The notes under the pieces: generated by a model
Seen by the model: only the letters and a program-made list of their open reading frames with translations
Databases searched by the model: none
Told to the model about the DNA's origin: nothing
In this document: piece by piece, positions 55,541 through 64,000 of the stretch
Numbering within the stretch: the first letter of the stretch is position 1
Layout of the letters: each line of letters begins with the position of its first letter
Program-made: the position numbers and the translations under genes
Origin: Alphaproteobacteria bacterium
GTDB taxonomy: Bacteria; Pseudomonadota; Alphaproteobacteria; Micropepsales; Micropepsaceae
Assembly: GCA_019245415.1 (NCBI GenBank)
Contig: JAFARO010000016.1
Location: forward strand, 31,389-95,388
Reading direction: 5' to 3'
Length of the DNA stretch: 64,000 bases

Positions 55541-56259
55541 CAGCGCGTCCCCGCGTCGGGTTGTTCGTCACCTGTCTGGTCGATCTGATCCGCCCCCGCA
55601 TCGCGCGCGCGGCGAAGGCTTTGCTCGAGCGATCCGGCTGCGACGTGGAGGTGCCCAGGGCGCAGACCTGTTGCGGCCAGCCGGCATGGAATTCCGGCGC
55701 CGACAAGCACGCGCGGGAGATCGCGCGCCAGGTGGTCGCGCTGTTCGAGCCTTACGACTATGTGGTGGCGCCGTCGGGTTCCTGCGCCGGCATGATCAGG
55801 CGGCACTATCCGGAGGCCCTGCCCGGCGACGCGAAGGCGCGCGCGCTCGCCGCCAAGACCCATGAGCTGACGTCGTTCCTGGTCAATACGCGCGGCATGA
55901 CGGCGGTGAAGGCCGCCTGCGCCACGCGCGCCTGCTATCACGATTCCTGTTCTTCCCTGCGCGAGATGAAGGTCAAGCGCGAGCCGCGGCAATTGCTGGC
56001 CGGCGTGGAGGGCCTCCGCTTGAGCGAGCTCCGCGATGGCGAAGTGTGCTGCGGCTTCGGCGGCTTGTTCAGCGTCAAATATCCCGAAATCTCGGCACGC
56101 ATGGCGGACGACAAGATCGCCGACGCCATTGCCACCGGCGCGGAGACGATCGTCGGCGGCGACCTCGGTTGCCTGCTGCATCTCGAGCGGCGCATGAAGC
56201 ACACCGCCAAGCGGCTCAAGGTGCGCCACGTGGCCGAAGTTCTCACGGACGAACGATGA
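55537..56259 (+). CDS. lutA: L-lactate utilization protein A (CCG domains)
   Basis: LFVTCLVD, QTCCGQP, SGSC, YHDSC, CCGFGG, DLGCL. Confidence 0.9.
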   Translation: MTARPRVGLFVTCLVDLIRPRIARAAKALLERSGCDVEVPRAQTCCGQPAWNSGADKHAREIARQVVALFEPYDYVVAPSGSCAGMIRRHYPEALPGDAKARALAAKTHELTSFLVNTRGMTAVKAACATRACYHDSCSSLREMKVKREPRQLLAGVEGLRLSELRDGEVCCGFGGLFSVKYPEISARMADDKIADAIATGAETIVGGDLGCLLHLERRMKHTAKRLKVRHVAEVLTDER

Positions 56260-57560
56260 ACGCCGACCCGCGCGATTTCGTCGAAGCCGCGCACGACGCG
56301 CTGGGCGACGCCAAGCTCAGGAGCGCGCTCGGGCGGCTGAAAACCCATTTCGGGCTCAAGCGCCAGCAAGCGGCGGAGCGCTACGGCGATTTCGAAGGCT
56401 TGCGCGAGGCCGGCCGCGCCATCCGAGACCAGGCCGTCGCCAACCTGGACACCTTGCTGGAGACTTTCGAGCGCGCGGTTGCCGCGCGTGGCGGCCAGGT
56501 GCATTGGGCGCGCGATGGCGCCGAAGCACGCGCGATCGTCCTTGGCATCCTGCGCGAGGCCGGCGCCAGGACCGTGACCAAGGGCAAGACCATGGTCGCG
56601 GAGGAGATCGAGCTCAATCCCTTCCTCGAGGCCAACGGCATCGTCCCCATCGAGACCGATCTGGGCGAATACATCATCCAGCTCAGAAAGGAGCCGCCCA
56701 GCCACATCATCGCGCCGGCCTTCCATCTCCATAAGGAGCAGGTGGAAGAGACCTTCCGCGCCGCCCACACCGCGCTCGATCCCACCCGCGCGCTCGACGA
56801 GCGCACCGCGCTGGTCGCGGAAGCGCGGCTGATGCTGCGCGCGGCGTTCGAGCGCGCCGATGCCGGCATCACCGGCGCCAATTTCCTCAGTGCGGAGGAA
56901 GGCGCGGCAGTGATCGTCACCAACGAAGGCAACGGCGACCTGACGCGGCTGCTGCCCAGCACCCATATCGTGCTTACCGGCATCGAGAAGGTCGTCGCCG
57001 ACCTCGGCGATGTCGCGGTGCTGCTGAGGCTGCTGACGCGTTCCGCCACCGGGCAGGAGATTTCGTCCTATGTCAGCGTCATGTCGGGACCGCGCGAGCG
57101 CGAGGACGGCGAGGCGGCAACGGCGTTTCATGTCGTGCTCGTCGACAACGGCCGCTCCAAGCTGATCGGCACGGAGGCCGAGGACGTTCTGCGCTGCATC
57201 CGCTGCGCCGCCTGCCTCAATCATTGTCCGGTCTACGGCGCCATCGGCGGGCACGCTTACGGCGCGACCTATCCCGGACCGATCGGCGCCGCGCTCAATC
57301 CGGGAATGATGGGCGTGGCGCGCGCGGCGCATCATGCCAATGCCTCGACCTTCTGCGGCCGCTGCGCCGAAGTCTGCCCGGTGAAGATTCCGCTGCCCAA
57401 AATCATGCGCCATTGGCGCGCGCGCGAATATGCCGACGGCCTGGCGCCGCGGCCCGTCGTCGCCGGGCTCGGCGTCTGGGCATTTCTCGCCAAGCGCCCC
57501 GCGCTTTATCGCGCCGCCACGGCGCTCGCCAAGCCGTTCGTGTGGATGATGTTGCGATGA
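56256..57560 (+). CDS. lutB: L-lactate utilization Fe-S protein B
   Basis: ETDLGEYIIQL, PSHIIAPA, TNEGN, CIRCAACLNHCP, CGRCAEVCP. Confidence 0.9.
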   Translation: MNADPRDFVEAAHDALGDAKLRSALGRLKTHFGLKRQQAAERYGDFEGLREAGRAIRDQAVANLDTLLETFERAVAARGGQVHWARDGAEARAIVLGILREAGARTVTKGKTMVAEEIELNPFLEANGIVPIETDLGEYIIQLRKEPPSHIIAPAFHLHKEQVEETFRAAHTALDPTRALDERTALVAEARLMLRAAFERADAGITGANFLSAEEGAAVIVTNEGNGDLTRLLPSTHIVLTGIEKVVADLGDVAVLLRLLTRSATGQEISSYVSVMSGPREREDGEAATAFHVVLVDNGRSKLIGTEAEDVLRCIRCAACLNHCPVYGAIGGHAYGATYPGPIGAALNPGMMGVARAAHHANASTFCGRCAEVCPVKIPLPKIMRHWRAREYADGLAPRPVVAGLGVWAFLAKRPALYRAATALAKPFVWMMLR

Positions 57561-58147
57561 GCGCGCGCCAAGACATCCTGGACGCCATCCGCGCCCGGCG
57601 CCGTGGGGAACTGCGCAGGCCGCAGACTTATCGCCCGCCGTCACCGGCATCCGATCCGCTCTCCCTGTTCGTCGACAAGGCGCGCGCCGCCGACACCGAG
57701 GTGCGGATCCTCGAATCCGAAAAGGACATTCCAGCCGCGGTCGCCGAGCTGCTGCGGGCACGCAACCAAGCGGCGCGGGTCCACCTGCCTCCGCTGTCCG
57801 ACCTGCGCGCCGTCGATTGGCGGCTGGAGGTCGAGGCCGCGCCGCCGGGCCCCGACGATGCCGCGGTGACGCGCGCGCCGCTCGCCATCGCCGAGACCGG
57901 CACCCTGGTTCAGCCCTCAGGCGATGCCTCGCCGGCGTCATGGCATTTCCGCCCGGGTCTGGAGATCGCGATCCTGCATGCGCGCGACATCGTCGCCCAT
58001 CTCGAGGACGCGCTCGCCAGGCTCGGCAGGTTGCCCGGGACGGTCAACCTGATCACCGGTCCGTCGCGCACCGGCGACATCGAGCAGACCCTCGAGCTCG
58101 GCGCCCACGGTCCCAAGGCGCTGGCGGTGATTGTGGTGAGGGACTAG
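57557..58147 (+). CDS. lutC: L-lactate utilization protein C (LUD domain)
   Basis: IAETGT, ITGPSRTGDIEQTLELGAHGP. Confidence 0.9.
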   Translation: MSARQDILDAIRARRRGELRRPQTYRPPSPASDPLSLFVDKARAADTEVRILESEKDIPAAVAELLRARNQAARVHLPPLSDLRAVDWRLEVEAAPPGPDDAAVTRAPLAIAETGTLVQPSGDASPASWHFRPGLEIAILHARDIVAHLEDALARLGRLPGTVNLITGPSRTGDIEQTLELGAHGPKALAVIVVRD

Positions 58148-58186
58148 GCCGCGCGCTACTAGGCCAGCGGCGCACTCTTTTCCTAA

Positions 58187-58268
58187 GTCGTCAATGCGCG
58201 GCTTGTCCGGGCAACCCATTTTCGAGAGCGCAAAAATCGGGTCGCCCGCATAAAGCGGGCGATGACGA
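58187..58268. repeat. REP-like double hairpin (GTCATCGCCCG family)
   Basis: GGCTTGTCCGGGCAACCCATTTT...CCCGCATAAAGCGGGCGATGAC; between convergent genes. Confidence 0.8.
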
Positions 58269-58310
58269 TCTTTGGGGAGACATCGCTTGATGGCATCCGG
58301 GGGAGGGGCA

Positions 58311-59921
58311 TCACGTACCGCCCAACGCCCTGCGCGCGAAATCCGCAACCGTCTTGTAGTCGGCCTTGCCGTTGGGGGCGCGAAGCGGGACTTCGGCGAC
58401 AAGGACGCGCTTGGGCGTCTTGTAGCCGGCGAGCTGGCTGCGCACATGGGCGCGCAGGGCGGCTTCGTCGAACGCCGCGCCGCGGGCGAGCACGACCACG
58501 CCGGTCACCGCCTGCCCCCATTTCTCATCCGGTACGCCGAGCACGAGTGCGTCCTCGACGCTCGGATGGGTCTTGAGCGCCTCCTCGACCTCTTCGGGAA
58601 AGACTTTCTCGCCCGCGGTGTTGATGCAATTGCTGCCGCGGCCGAGCAGCATGATCCGCCCGTCGGCCTCCACCACGGCATAATCGCCCGGCACCGAATA
58701 GCGCTTGCCGGCGATGGTTCGGAAAGTGCGCCGGGTCTTCTCTTCGTCCTTGTAGTAGCCAAGCGGCAGCGCGCCGCCGAACGCCACCAGCCCCGCTTGG
58801 CCGCTGCCAGGTTCGATCGGCTGGTCGTTCTCGTCGATGACGATGGCATTCTCGCCGAGCATGAAATCGGCGGTCTTGCCATGCGCGTCCTTGGTGGTCG
58901 TCGCGGTGCCCATGCCCATCGCCTCGGTGGAAGCGAAGCTGTCGGTGAGCACGATCTGCGGCATGTGGCGGATCAGGCCCTCTTTCACTTCCTCGCTCCA
59001 CATCGCGCCCGACGACGTCATCGCCGTCATGCGCGACAGGTCGTAGCGGCCCGGCGCCTCGTCGAGGGCATGCAGCAACGGCTTGGCGAAGGGATCGCCG
59101 ACGATGGCCATCGAGGTGGCGCCGTGCTTCTCGGCGGCCCGCCACACCGCGTGAGGATCGAAGGAATGGCCTCCCACCGTGATGACGCAGCCGCCGGACA
59201 TGAGCGCGGTCAGCGTGGTGATCAGGCCGGTGCCGTGCATCTGCGGGCAGGCCGGAATCGTGCGCGGCTGCATCGGCGCCATCCGCACCATGACCTGGAA
59301 CTGTTCGATCGAGGCGGGCCGGACGCCCAGCGTGCGCTCCATCCGATTGAACCACAGCTCCATCAAATCGCGATGCGCATACATCACGCCCTTGGGCATT
59401 CCCGTGGTGCCGCCGGTGTAGATGAAGAGCTGGTCGTCGGGGTCGCGGTCGATACCGAGAGGCGCGCCGTCGCCGTTCTCGGCCAGCTTTTCATAGCGCT
59501 CGGCAAAGGCGGGCGCCGCGTCGTCGCCGACTTCGATGAAGCAGCGCACGTTGGGGAGCTGATTGTGGATCTGCTGCACCGAGTCGCGGAACTCGCGATG
59601 GTAGACGAGGAGCGCGGAGTCGGAATTGTCGAGGATGTAGCGCACCTCGTCCGGCTTGTAGCGGTAGTTGACGTTGACATGAGTCAGCCGCGCCAGGAAG
59701 CAGGCGCCCAGGCATTCGCCATATTCCGGCGCGTTGCGCAGATAGAAGGCGACCTTGTCGCCCGTCGCGGCGCCCCGCGAGCGCAGCGCGCGCGCCAGGT
59801 TGTTCATCCGCCGCCTGGCCTCGCCCCACGACACCACCGTATCGCCCTGCGCCAAGGCCGGCGCCTGCGGATTCACCGCGCTCGCCACCGCCTCGAGAAG
59901 ATCGCCGTAGTTGAAGGGCAT
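58311..59921 (-). CDS. Acyl-CoA synthetase (AMP-binding, FadD19-like)
   Basis: NVNYRY, YTGGTTGMPKG, GYYKDEEKT, GD, GRGSNCINTAGEKVFPEEVE, YKTP. Confidence 0.92.
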   Translation of the reverse strand: MPFNYGDLLEAVASAVNPQAPALAQGDTVVSWGEARRRMNNLARALRSRGAATGDKVAFYLRNAPEYGECLGACFLARLTHVNVNYRYKPDEVRYILDNSDSALLVYHREFRDSVQQIHNQLPNVRCFIEVGDDAAPAFAERYEKLAENGDGAPLGIDRDPDDQLFIYTGGTTGMPKGVMYAHRDLMELWFNRMERTLGVRPASIEQFQVMVRMAPMQPRTIPACPQMHGTGLITTLTALMSGGCVITVGGHSFDPHAVWRAAEKHGATSMAIVGDPFAKPLLHALDEAPGRYDLSRMTAMTSSGAMWSEEVKEGLIRHMPQIVLTDSFASTEAMGMGTATTTKDAHGKTADFMLGENAIVIDENDQPIEPGSGQAGLVAFGGALPLGYYKDEEKTRRTFRTIAGKRYSVPGDYAVVEADGRIMLLGRGSNCINTAGEKVFPEEVEEALKTHPSVEDALVLGVPDEKWGQAVTGVVVLARGAAFDEAALRAHVRSQLAGYKTPKRVLVAEVPLRAPNGKADYKTVADFARRALGGT

Positions 59922-59940
59922 GCTTTGCTTCCCGCTGAGC

Positions 59941-60969
59941 TCAGTTTACCGGCACCGCCGCGATCCGGCTCACCGAGCGGTTCTTGGCCCAATGGTGATC
60001 GACGTTCTTGCGGAAGTGCGGCGGACGGTCCTCGAGCGCATGCGTCGCCAGCCACAGGCGCTTGAGATGGCGCTTGCGTCCCGACGCGGCATCGTCCGTA
60101 TACGACGTTCGTCCGTGCAGCACGTGATAGTTGTTGATGAACTGCATTTCGCCGGGCTCCAAATCCATGACGACGTTGAAGCGCGGCTCGCGCGCCATCG
60201 CGCTCACCATGTCGAGCGCCTCGAGCACCTGTGGCGTCAGGCGCGGCGCCTCGGCATGGCGCTGCGAGGCGCGGATATAGGCCGGGATGAAGCGGATGAA
60301 GAAGCGGCCACGGTGCTCTGTGAAGACGGGAAAGAGATAGAACGGCTTGCCGCCGGGCGCTTGTTCGCCGCGCAGGTCGTAGGGCTGCGGCTCGAACAGC
60401 AAGGCTGCCAGGTCGGGACGCTTCGCGACCATCTCGTTGTAGATCGCCACCGCGTTGGCGACGCAGGAGAGCCCGCCGCGCGCAGCCTTGCGCAAGCACA
60501 TCAGCCCGATCACGTCGGCGCCGTCGGTGTGGTAGTCGAGCGCGACCTGGCCGAGCTCGTTGCCGCGAAAGGTCGGATCGTCGAGCCGCTTGCCCTGATC
60601 GGTGACGTCGCCCATGACGTGGCCCTTGGCGTTCTGCGGCCAGGGATCGCCCAGATAAAGCCCGATGCCCCAATAGAGCATGGTGAGATCGTCGTCATCG
60701 TAGCGGGACGCATCGAGTGCCGAGATGCGCGTGAAGCCGCGCCCGTCGATCAACTCGCGCGCGATGCCGTCCAACTTATGCGCCAGACCGTCGAGCGGAA
60801 AATGCTCCCGACCGATGTCGAGTAGATTGTCCGACTTCAATTTCGCCCGCGCCAGTGCATGGTCCAGCTCGCGGTGATCCTGCGGCGTCAGCGTCACCGT
60901 CCACACGTCCGGATCGGCCACGTCTTTCGACGTCCAGCCGATATGGGTTTCGAGGGGGCGAGGCGTCAT
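59941..60969 (-). CDS. TauD/TfdA family Fe(II)/2OG dioxygenase
   Basis: YHTD (HxD), NNYHVLHGR, RHLKRLW. Confidence 0.9.
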   Translation of the reverse strand: MTPRPLETHIGWTSKDVADPDVWTVTLTPQDHRELDHALARAKLKSDNLLDIGREHFPLDGLAHKLDGIARELIDGRGFTRISALDASRYDDDDLTMLYWGIGLYLGDPWPQNAKGHVMGDVTDQGKRLDDPTFRGNELGQVALDYHTDGADVIGLMCLRKAARGGLSCVANAVAIYNEMVAKRPDLAALLFEPQPYDLRGEQAPGGKPFYLFPVFTEHRGRFFIRFIPAYIRASQRHAEAPRLTPQVLEALDMVSAMAREPRFNVVMDLEPGEMQFINNYHVLHGRTSYTDDAASGRKRHLKRLWLATHALEDRPPHFRKNVDHHWAKNRSVSRIAAVPVN

Positions 60970-60983
60970 ACGCCACCCCATGT

Positions 60984-61126
60984 CGTCATGGCCGCCCCTG
61001 AGGCGGCCATCCAGTAATTCAAGGATTCACGCGGAGCCGCGGAGATCGCGGAAGAAGAGCTCGACTCCGCGGCCTCCGCGCCTCCGCGTGAAAATCTGGA
61101 TGGCCGGGTCAACCCCGGCCATGACG
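60984..61126. repeat. REP (CGTCATGGCC family) carrying a nested second element
   Basis: Outer termini CGTCATGGCC/GGCCATGACG; inner TTCACGCGGAG/CTCCGCGTGAA at 61026-61092. Confidence 0.85.
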
Positions 61127-61144
61127 AGCTGAGCAAGCAGCTGA

Positions 61145-62854
61145 TCATCCCTGCGCCCCTCTCACCAATTTTCCCGGAAGCGCACCGGTGGCTTGGCCGT
61201 CGCGGTAGACGACTTCGCCCGAGACGATGGTCGCGACATAACCGTCGGCGCCCTGCAGCAGGCGCTTGCCGCCGGCAGGCAGATCGAAGGCCATGCGCGG
61301 CGCCTGGACGCGCAGGCGGTCGAAATCGATCACGTTGAGGTCGGCCTTCATGCCGGGCGCGACGACGCCGCGATCGGTCAGGCCAACGGCACGCGCGGTA
61401 TCGGACGTCTGGCGCTTCACCAGATATTCCAGGGGAAAGCGGCCATGGGAGCGGTCGCGGCCCCAGTAGCTGAGCAGGGTGGTGGGATAGGAGCCGTCGC
61501 AGATGATGCCGACATGCGCGCCGCCGTCGCCAAGACCCATCACCGTATCGGGATGCGCGATCATCTCCCCGCAGCAATCGAGATTGTAGCTCGTGTAATT
61601 GGCGAAGGGCGAGAACAGGAAGGCGCGGCCTTCGTCCTCGAGCAGCATGTCATAGGCGATCTCCGCCGGATCGCGGCCCAGGCGCCGCGCCTGTTCGGCG
61701 ACGGCCGTCTCGCGCGGCGGCTCGTAATTGGGGGGATTGCCGAGCGGATAGATCTGCTCGAACGCCATCACCCGCCGCGCCAGGGGATGGCTCTGCCTGG
61801 CATCGTTCTCCGCCATGATCCGTGCACGGAAGGATGGATCGCGCATCGCCGCGACCTTGTCGGCGAGCGGCTTGTGGCGGATCTCGGCGAAAGCCTCATG
61901 CGCGATGAAGGGATTGATCGTGCCCTGCAGCCCCAGCAGCAAGCCGATCGGACGCGGCGCCACCTGGGCGCGGATCGGCAATCCCTCGCGCGCGGCCTGC
62001 GAGATCAAGTGCAGCAGGCCTTTCCAGCCATCGGCGGATTTTCCCGCCTGCGCCAGGGACAGGGACAGCGGGCGGCCGCTCTCTTCCACGAGGCTCCGCA
62101 CCATCGCGAACTCGGTCAGGGGATCGGGCGTGTCGAAATCGGAGATCAGCTCGATGACGCCGCTGCCCGCGTCCTTCATGCCGAGCGCGATGCCCAGCAG
62201 CTCGGCCTGGCTGGCGCGCAGGCCCGGCGTCGGATCGCCTTTGGCGGTGCGGTGGTTGAGCGTGCGCGAGGTCGTGAAGCCGATGGCGCCGGCGCGCATC
62301 GCTTCCCGCGTCAGCGCGCGCATCTGGGCGATGTCGTCCTCGGTCGCGGCTTCCAGCGACGCGCCGCGCTCGCCCATCACATAGACGCGCAAGGGTCCGT
62401 GCGCGAGTTGGGCACACACGTCGATGTCGTAGGAGCGCTTGCCGAGGGCATCGAGATAATCGCCGAAACTCTCCCACTGCCAGTCCAGGCCCTCATGCAA
62501 CGCGGCGCCGGGAATGTCCTCGACGCCTTCCATCAGCTCGATCAGCAAGTCATGGTCCTTGCGGCGCACCGGCGCGAAGCCGACGCCGCAATTGCCCATC
62601 ACCACCGTGGAGACGCCGTGCCAGCTCGAGGGCTGCATCCGCTCGTCCCAGGTCGCCTGGCCGTCGTAATGGGTGTGGATGTCGACGAAGCCCGGCGTGA
62701 CCAGAAGCCCGCGCGCGTCGATCTCCTCGCGGCCTTTCTCCGCCACCGTGCCTACGGCAGCGATGCGGCCGTCTTTCACCGCGATGTCGGCGTCGCGCAA
62801 CTCTTCACCGCTGCCGTCGGCGAGCATGCCGCCGCGAATGACGAGATCCATCAT
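61145..62854 (-). CDS. N-acyl-D-amino-acid deacylase family amidohydrolase
   Basis: [38 protein letters not shown]. Confidence 0.9.
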   Translation of the reverse strand: MMDLVIRGGMLADGSGEELRDADIAVKDGRIAAVGTVAEKGREEIDARGLLVTPGFVDIHTHYDGQATWDERMQPSSWHGVSTVVMGNCGVGFAPVRRKDHDLLIELMEGVEDIPGAALHEGLDWQWESFGDYLDALGKRSYDIDVCAQLAHGPLRVYVMGERGASLEAATEDDIAQMRALTREAMRAGAIGFTTSRTLNHRTAKGDPTPGLRASQAELLGIALGMKDAGSGVIELISDFDTPDPLTEFAMVRSLVEESGRPLSLSLAQAGKSADGWKGLLHLISQAAREGLPIRAQVAPRPIGLLLGLQGTINPFIAHEAFAEIRHKPLADKVAAMRDPSFRARIMAENDARQSHPLARRVMAFEQIYPLGNPPNYEPPRETAVAEQARRLGRDPAEIAYDMLLEDEGRAFLFSPFANYTSYNLDCCGEMIAHPDTVMGLGDGGAHVGIICDGSYPTTLLSYWGRDRSHGRFPLEYLVKRQTSDTARAVGLTDRGVVAPGMKADLNVIDFDRLRVQAPRMAFDLPAGGKRLLQGADGYVATIVSGEVVYRDGQATGALPGKLVRGAQG

Positions 62855-63630
62855 GCGAACTTCTCCAGTGCTGCGATCACCTTCGCCGTTTGCTCCCAAA
62901 TCGCCATGTGGCCGGCTTCGGGGATGGAGGCGAGGGTGGCGTCGGCGATGCTCTTCTTGAACGCCTGCGCGTAAACCGGCGGGATCAGCCTGTCGCTGTC
63001 GCCCCAGATCAGCAAGGTCTTGGCGCGGATGCGATGGAGCCGGTCCTTCAGCCCGCGTTCGGGAATGGGAAACAACAGCTTTCCCGCCATGCCGAGCTGG
63101 CGCGCATTGGTGACGAGAAAACTCTTGAGCCATTCCAGGTCGTCGAAGTTCACGCCCTTGGTCATCAGCGCGGCGCCGGCTTCGGCGTCGTGGAACAGCA
63201 GCGGCGGATACTCGTAAGGCACCAGCGAGAAGAGATCGGGGATCGGATGGGCGTCCAGCCACAGACCCGCGGGCGCGATCAGCACCAGGCGCGAGAAATC
63301 CTTCGGCGCCAGCGCCGCCATCTCGGCCGCGATCATCCCGCCCATCGAGTGGCCGACCAGGATCGGGTCCTTCACTCCCAACGCGTCCACCACATCGAGG
63401 GTGTGGAGCGTGATATCGAGCATGTCGCGCAATCCGGGCGCTTCCTCGCTGTCGCCATAGCCGGGCAGCAGCGGCGCGGTGACACGGAACTTGTCCGCCA
63501 GCGCCGCGAGGAACGGATCGTCGGCGGTCAGTCCTCCCGCGCCGTGCAGGAACACGAGCGGCCTGCCGCTTCCGCCTTCGAAATGGCGGACGGGGACGTG
63601 GTGGGTAGCGATCGTTTTCAGTTCAACCAT
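62851..63630 (-). CDS. Alpha/beta hydrolase
   Basis: HGAGG, GHSMGG, GDSD, AGHM. Confidence 0.88.
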   Translation of the reverse strand: MVELKTIATHHVPVRHFEGGSGRPLVFLHGAGGLTADDPFLAALADKFRVTAPLLPGYGDSEEAPGLRDMLDITLHTLDVVDALGVKDPILVGHSMGGMIAAEMAALAPKDFSRLVLIAPAGLWLDAHPIPDLFSLVPYEYPPLLFHDAEAGAALMTKGVNFDDLEWLKSFLVTNARQLGMAGKLLFPIPERGLKDRLHRIRAKTLLIWGDSDRLIPPVYAQAFKKSIADATLASIPEAGHMAIWEQTAKVIAALEKFA

Positions 63631-63650
63631 TCCAAAATTCCAAACTCATT

Positions 63651-63680
63651 CCCTCTCCCCCGCTTCGCGGGGGCGAGGGA
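63651..63680. repeat. Single hairpin (CCCTCTCCC family)
   Basis: CCCTCTCCCCCGC-TTC-GCGGGGGCGAGGG. Confidence 0.6.
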
Positions 63681-63689
63681 GGTTCCTTT

Positions 63690-64000
63690 TTACTCCGCCG
63701 CCATCGCCTCCTTCGGCAACGAACCCGGCGCGACCTGCGCAATGGGATGGCACCAGAAGCGACTGTCGTCCTCCCACTCGGGATAGAGGCCGCGCAGCTT
63801 GGGCATCACCCTCTCGGCGAACAGCCGCGTGGAATGCATGCATTTCTCCTTCGGCATGTCGCCGACATGCATGAGGCAGAAGATGTTGCCCACGCGCAGC
63901 GTCTTGATCAGATCCTCCATCCGCTGGCGCACCGTTTCGGGCGAGCCGGCGATGACATGACCGCCTTCGGTGAGCTCCTCCCAGGTGACATTGGCATAGC
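63690..64000 (-). CDS. Luciferase-like (LLM) flavin monooxygenase, 3' part (runs off window end)
   Basis: HVIAGSPETVRQR, STRLFAERVMPKL. Confidence 0.8.
   Translation of the reverse strand, partial: YANVTWEELTEGGHVIAGSPETVRQRMEDLIKTLRVGNIFCLMHVGDMPKEKCMHSTRLFAERVMPKLRGLYPEWEDDSRFWCHPIAQVAPGSLPKEAMAAE

Overview
A 64 kb chromosomal window from a high-GC alphaproteobacterium. The taxon is inferred from gene order and protein style and was not searched. The conserved backbone is trmD(partial)-rimM-rpsP-ffh, dapF-mtaB-ftsY-yciB, ccmABCDG, phbB, speD/speE, ybbN-LonN-Trm112, pyrD, an Lhr-type helicase, gcdH and lutABC. Interleaved with it are accessory catabolic, proteolytic and membrane genes: three secreted S9 peptidases, a Baeyer-Villiger monooxygenase (BVMO), an epoxide hydrolase, a TauD-like dioxygenase, an acyl-CoA ligase, an ECF sigma trio, and two CrtI-like FAD oxidoreductases with a GcvT-like protein. 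Intergenic DNA carries at least five families of REP/MITE-like palindromes, some nested and some overlapping gene starts. I found no transposase, rRNA, tRNA or CRISPR array. The most unusual observations are: (1) a full-length KirBac-type channel whose TVGYG filter reads SINYS, translationally coupled to a glyoxalase-fold gene; (2) a ~280 nt multi-hairpin non-coding element at 39.8-40.1 kb with its own SD/ATG mini-ORF and terminator (possible ncRNA or IS110-derived remnant); (3) a terminator-containing structured leader between a sigma70-like promoter and speD; (4) an uncharacterised lipoprotein plus amphipathic-protein pair inserted near ffh; (5) an encapsulin-cargo-type ferritin lacking both its targeting peptide and an adjacent encapsulin. 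All family assignments come from motifs recognised by eye; no database searches were run.
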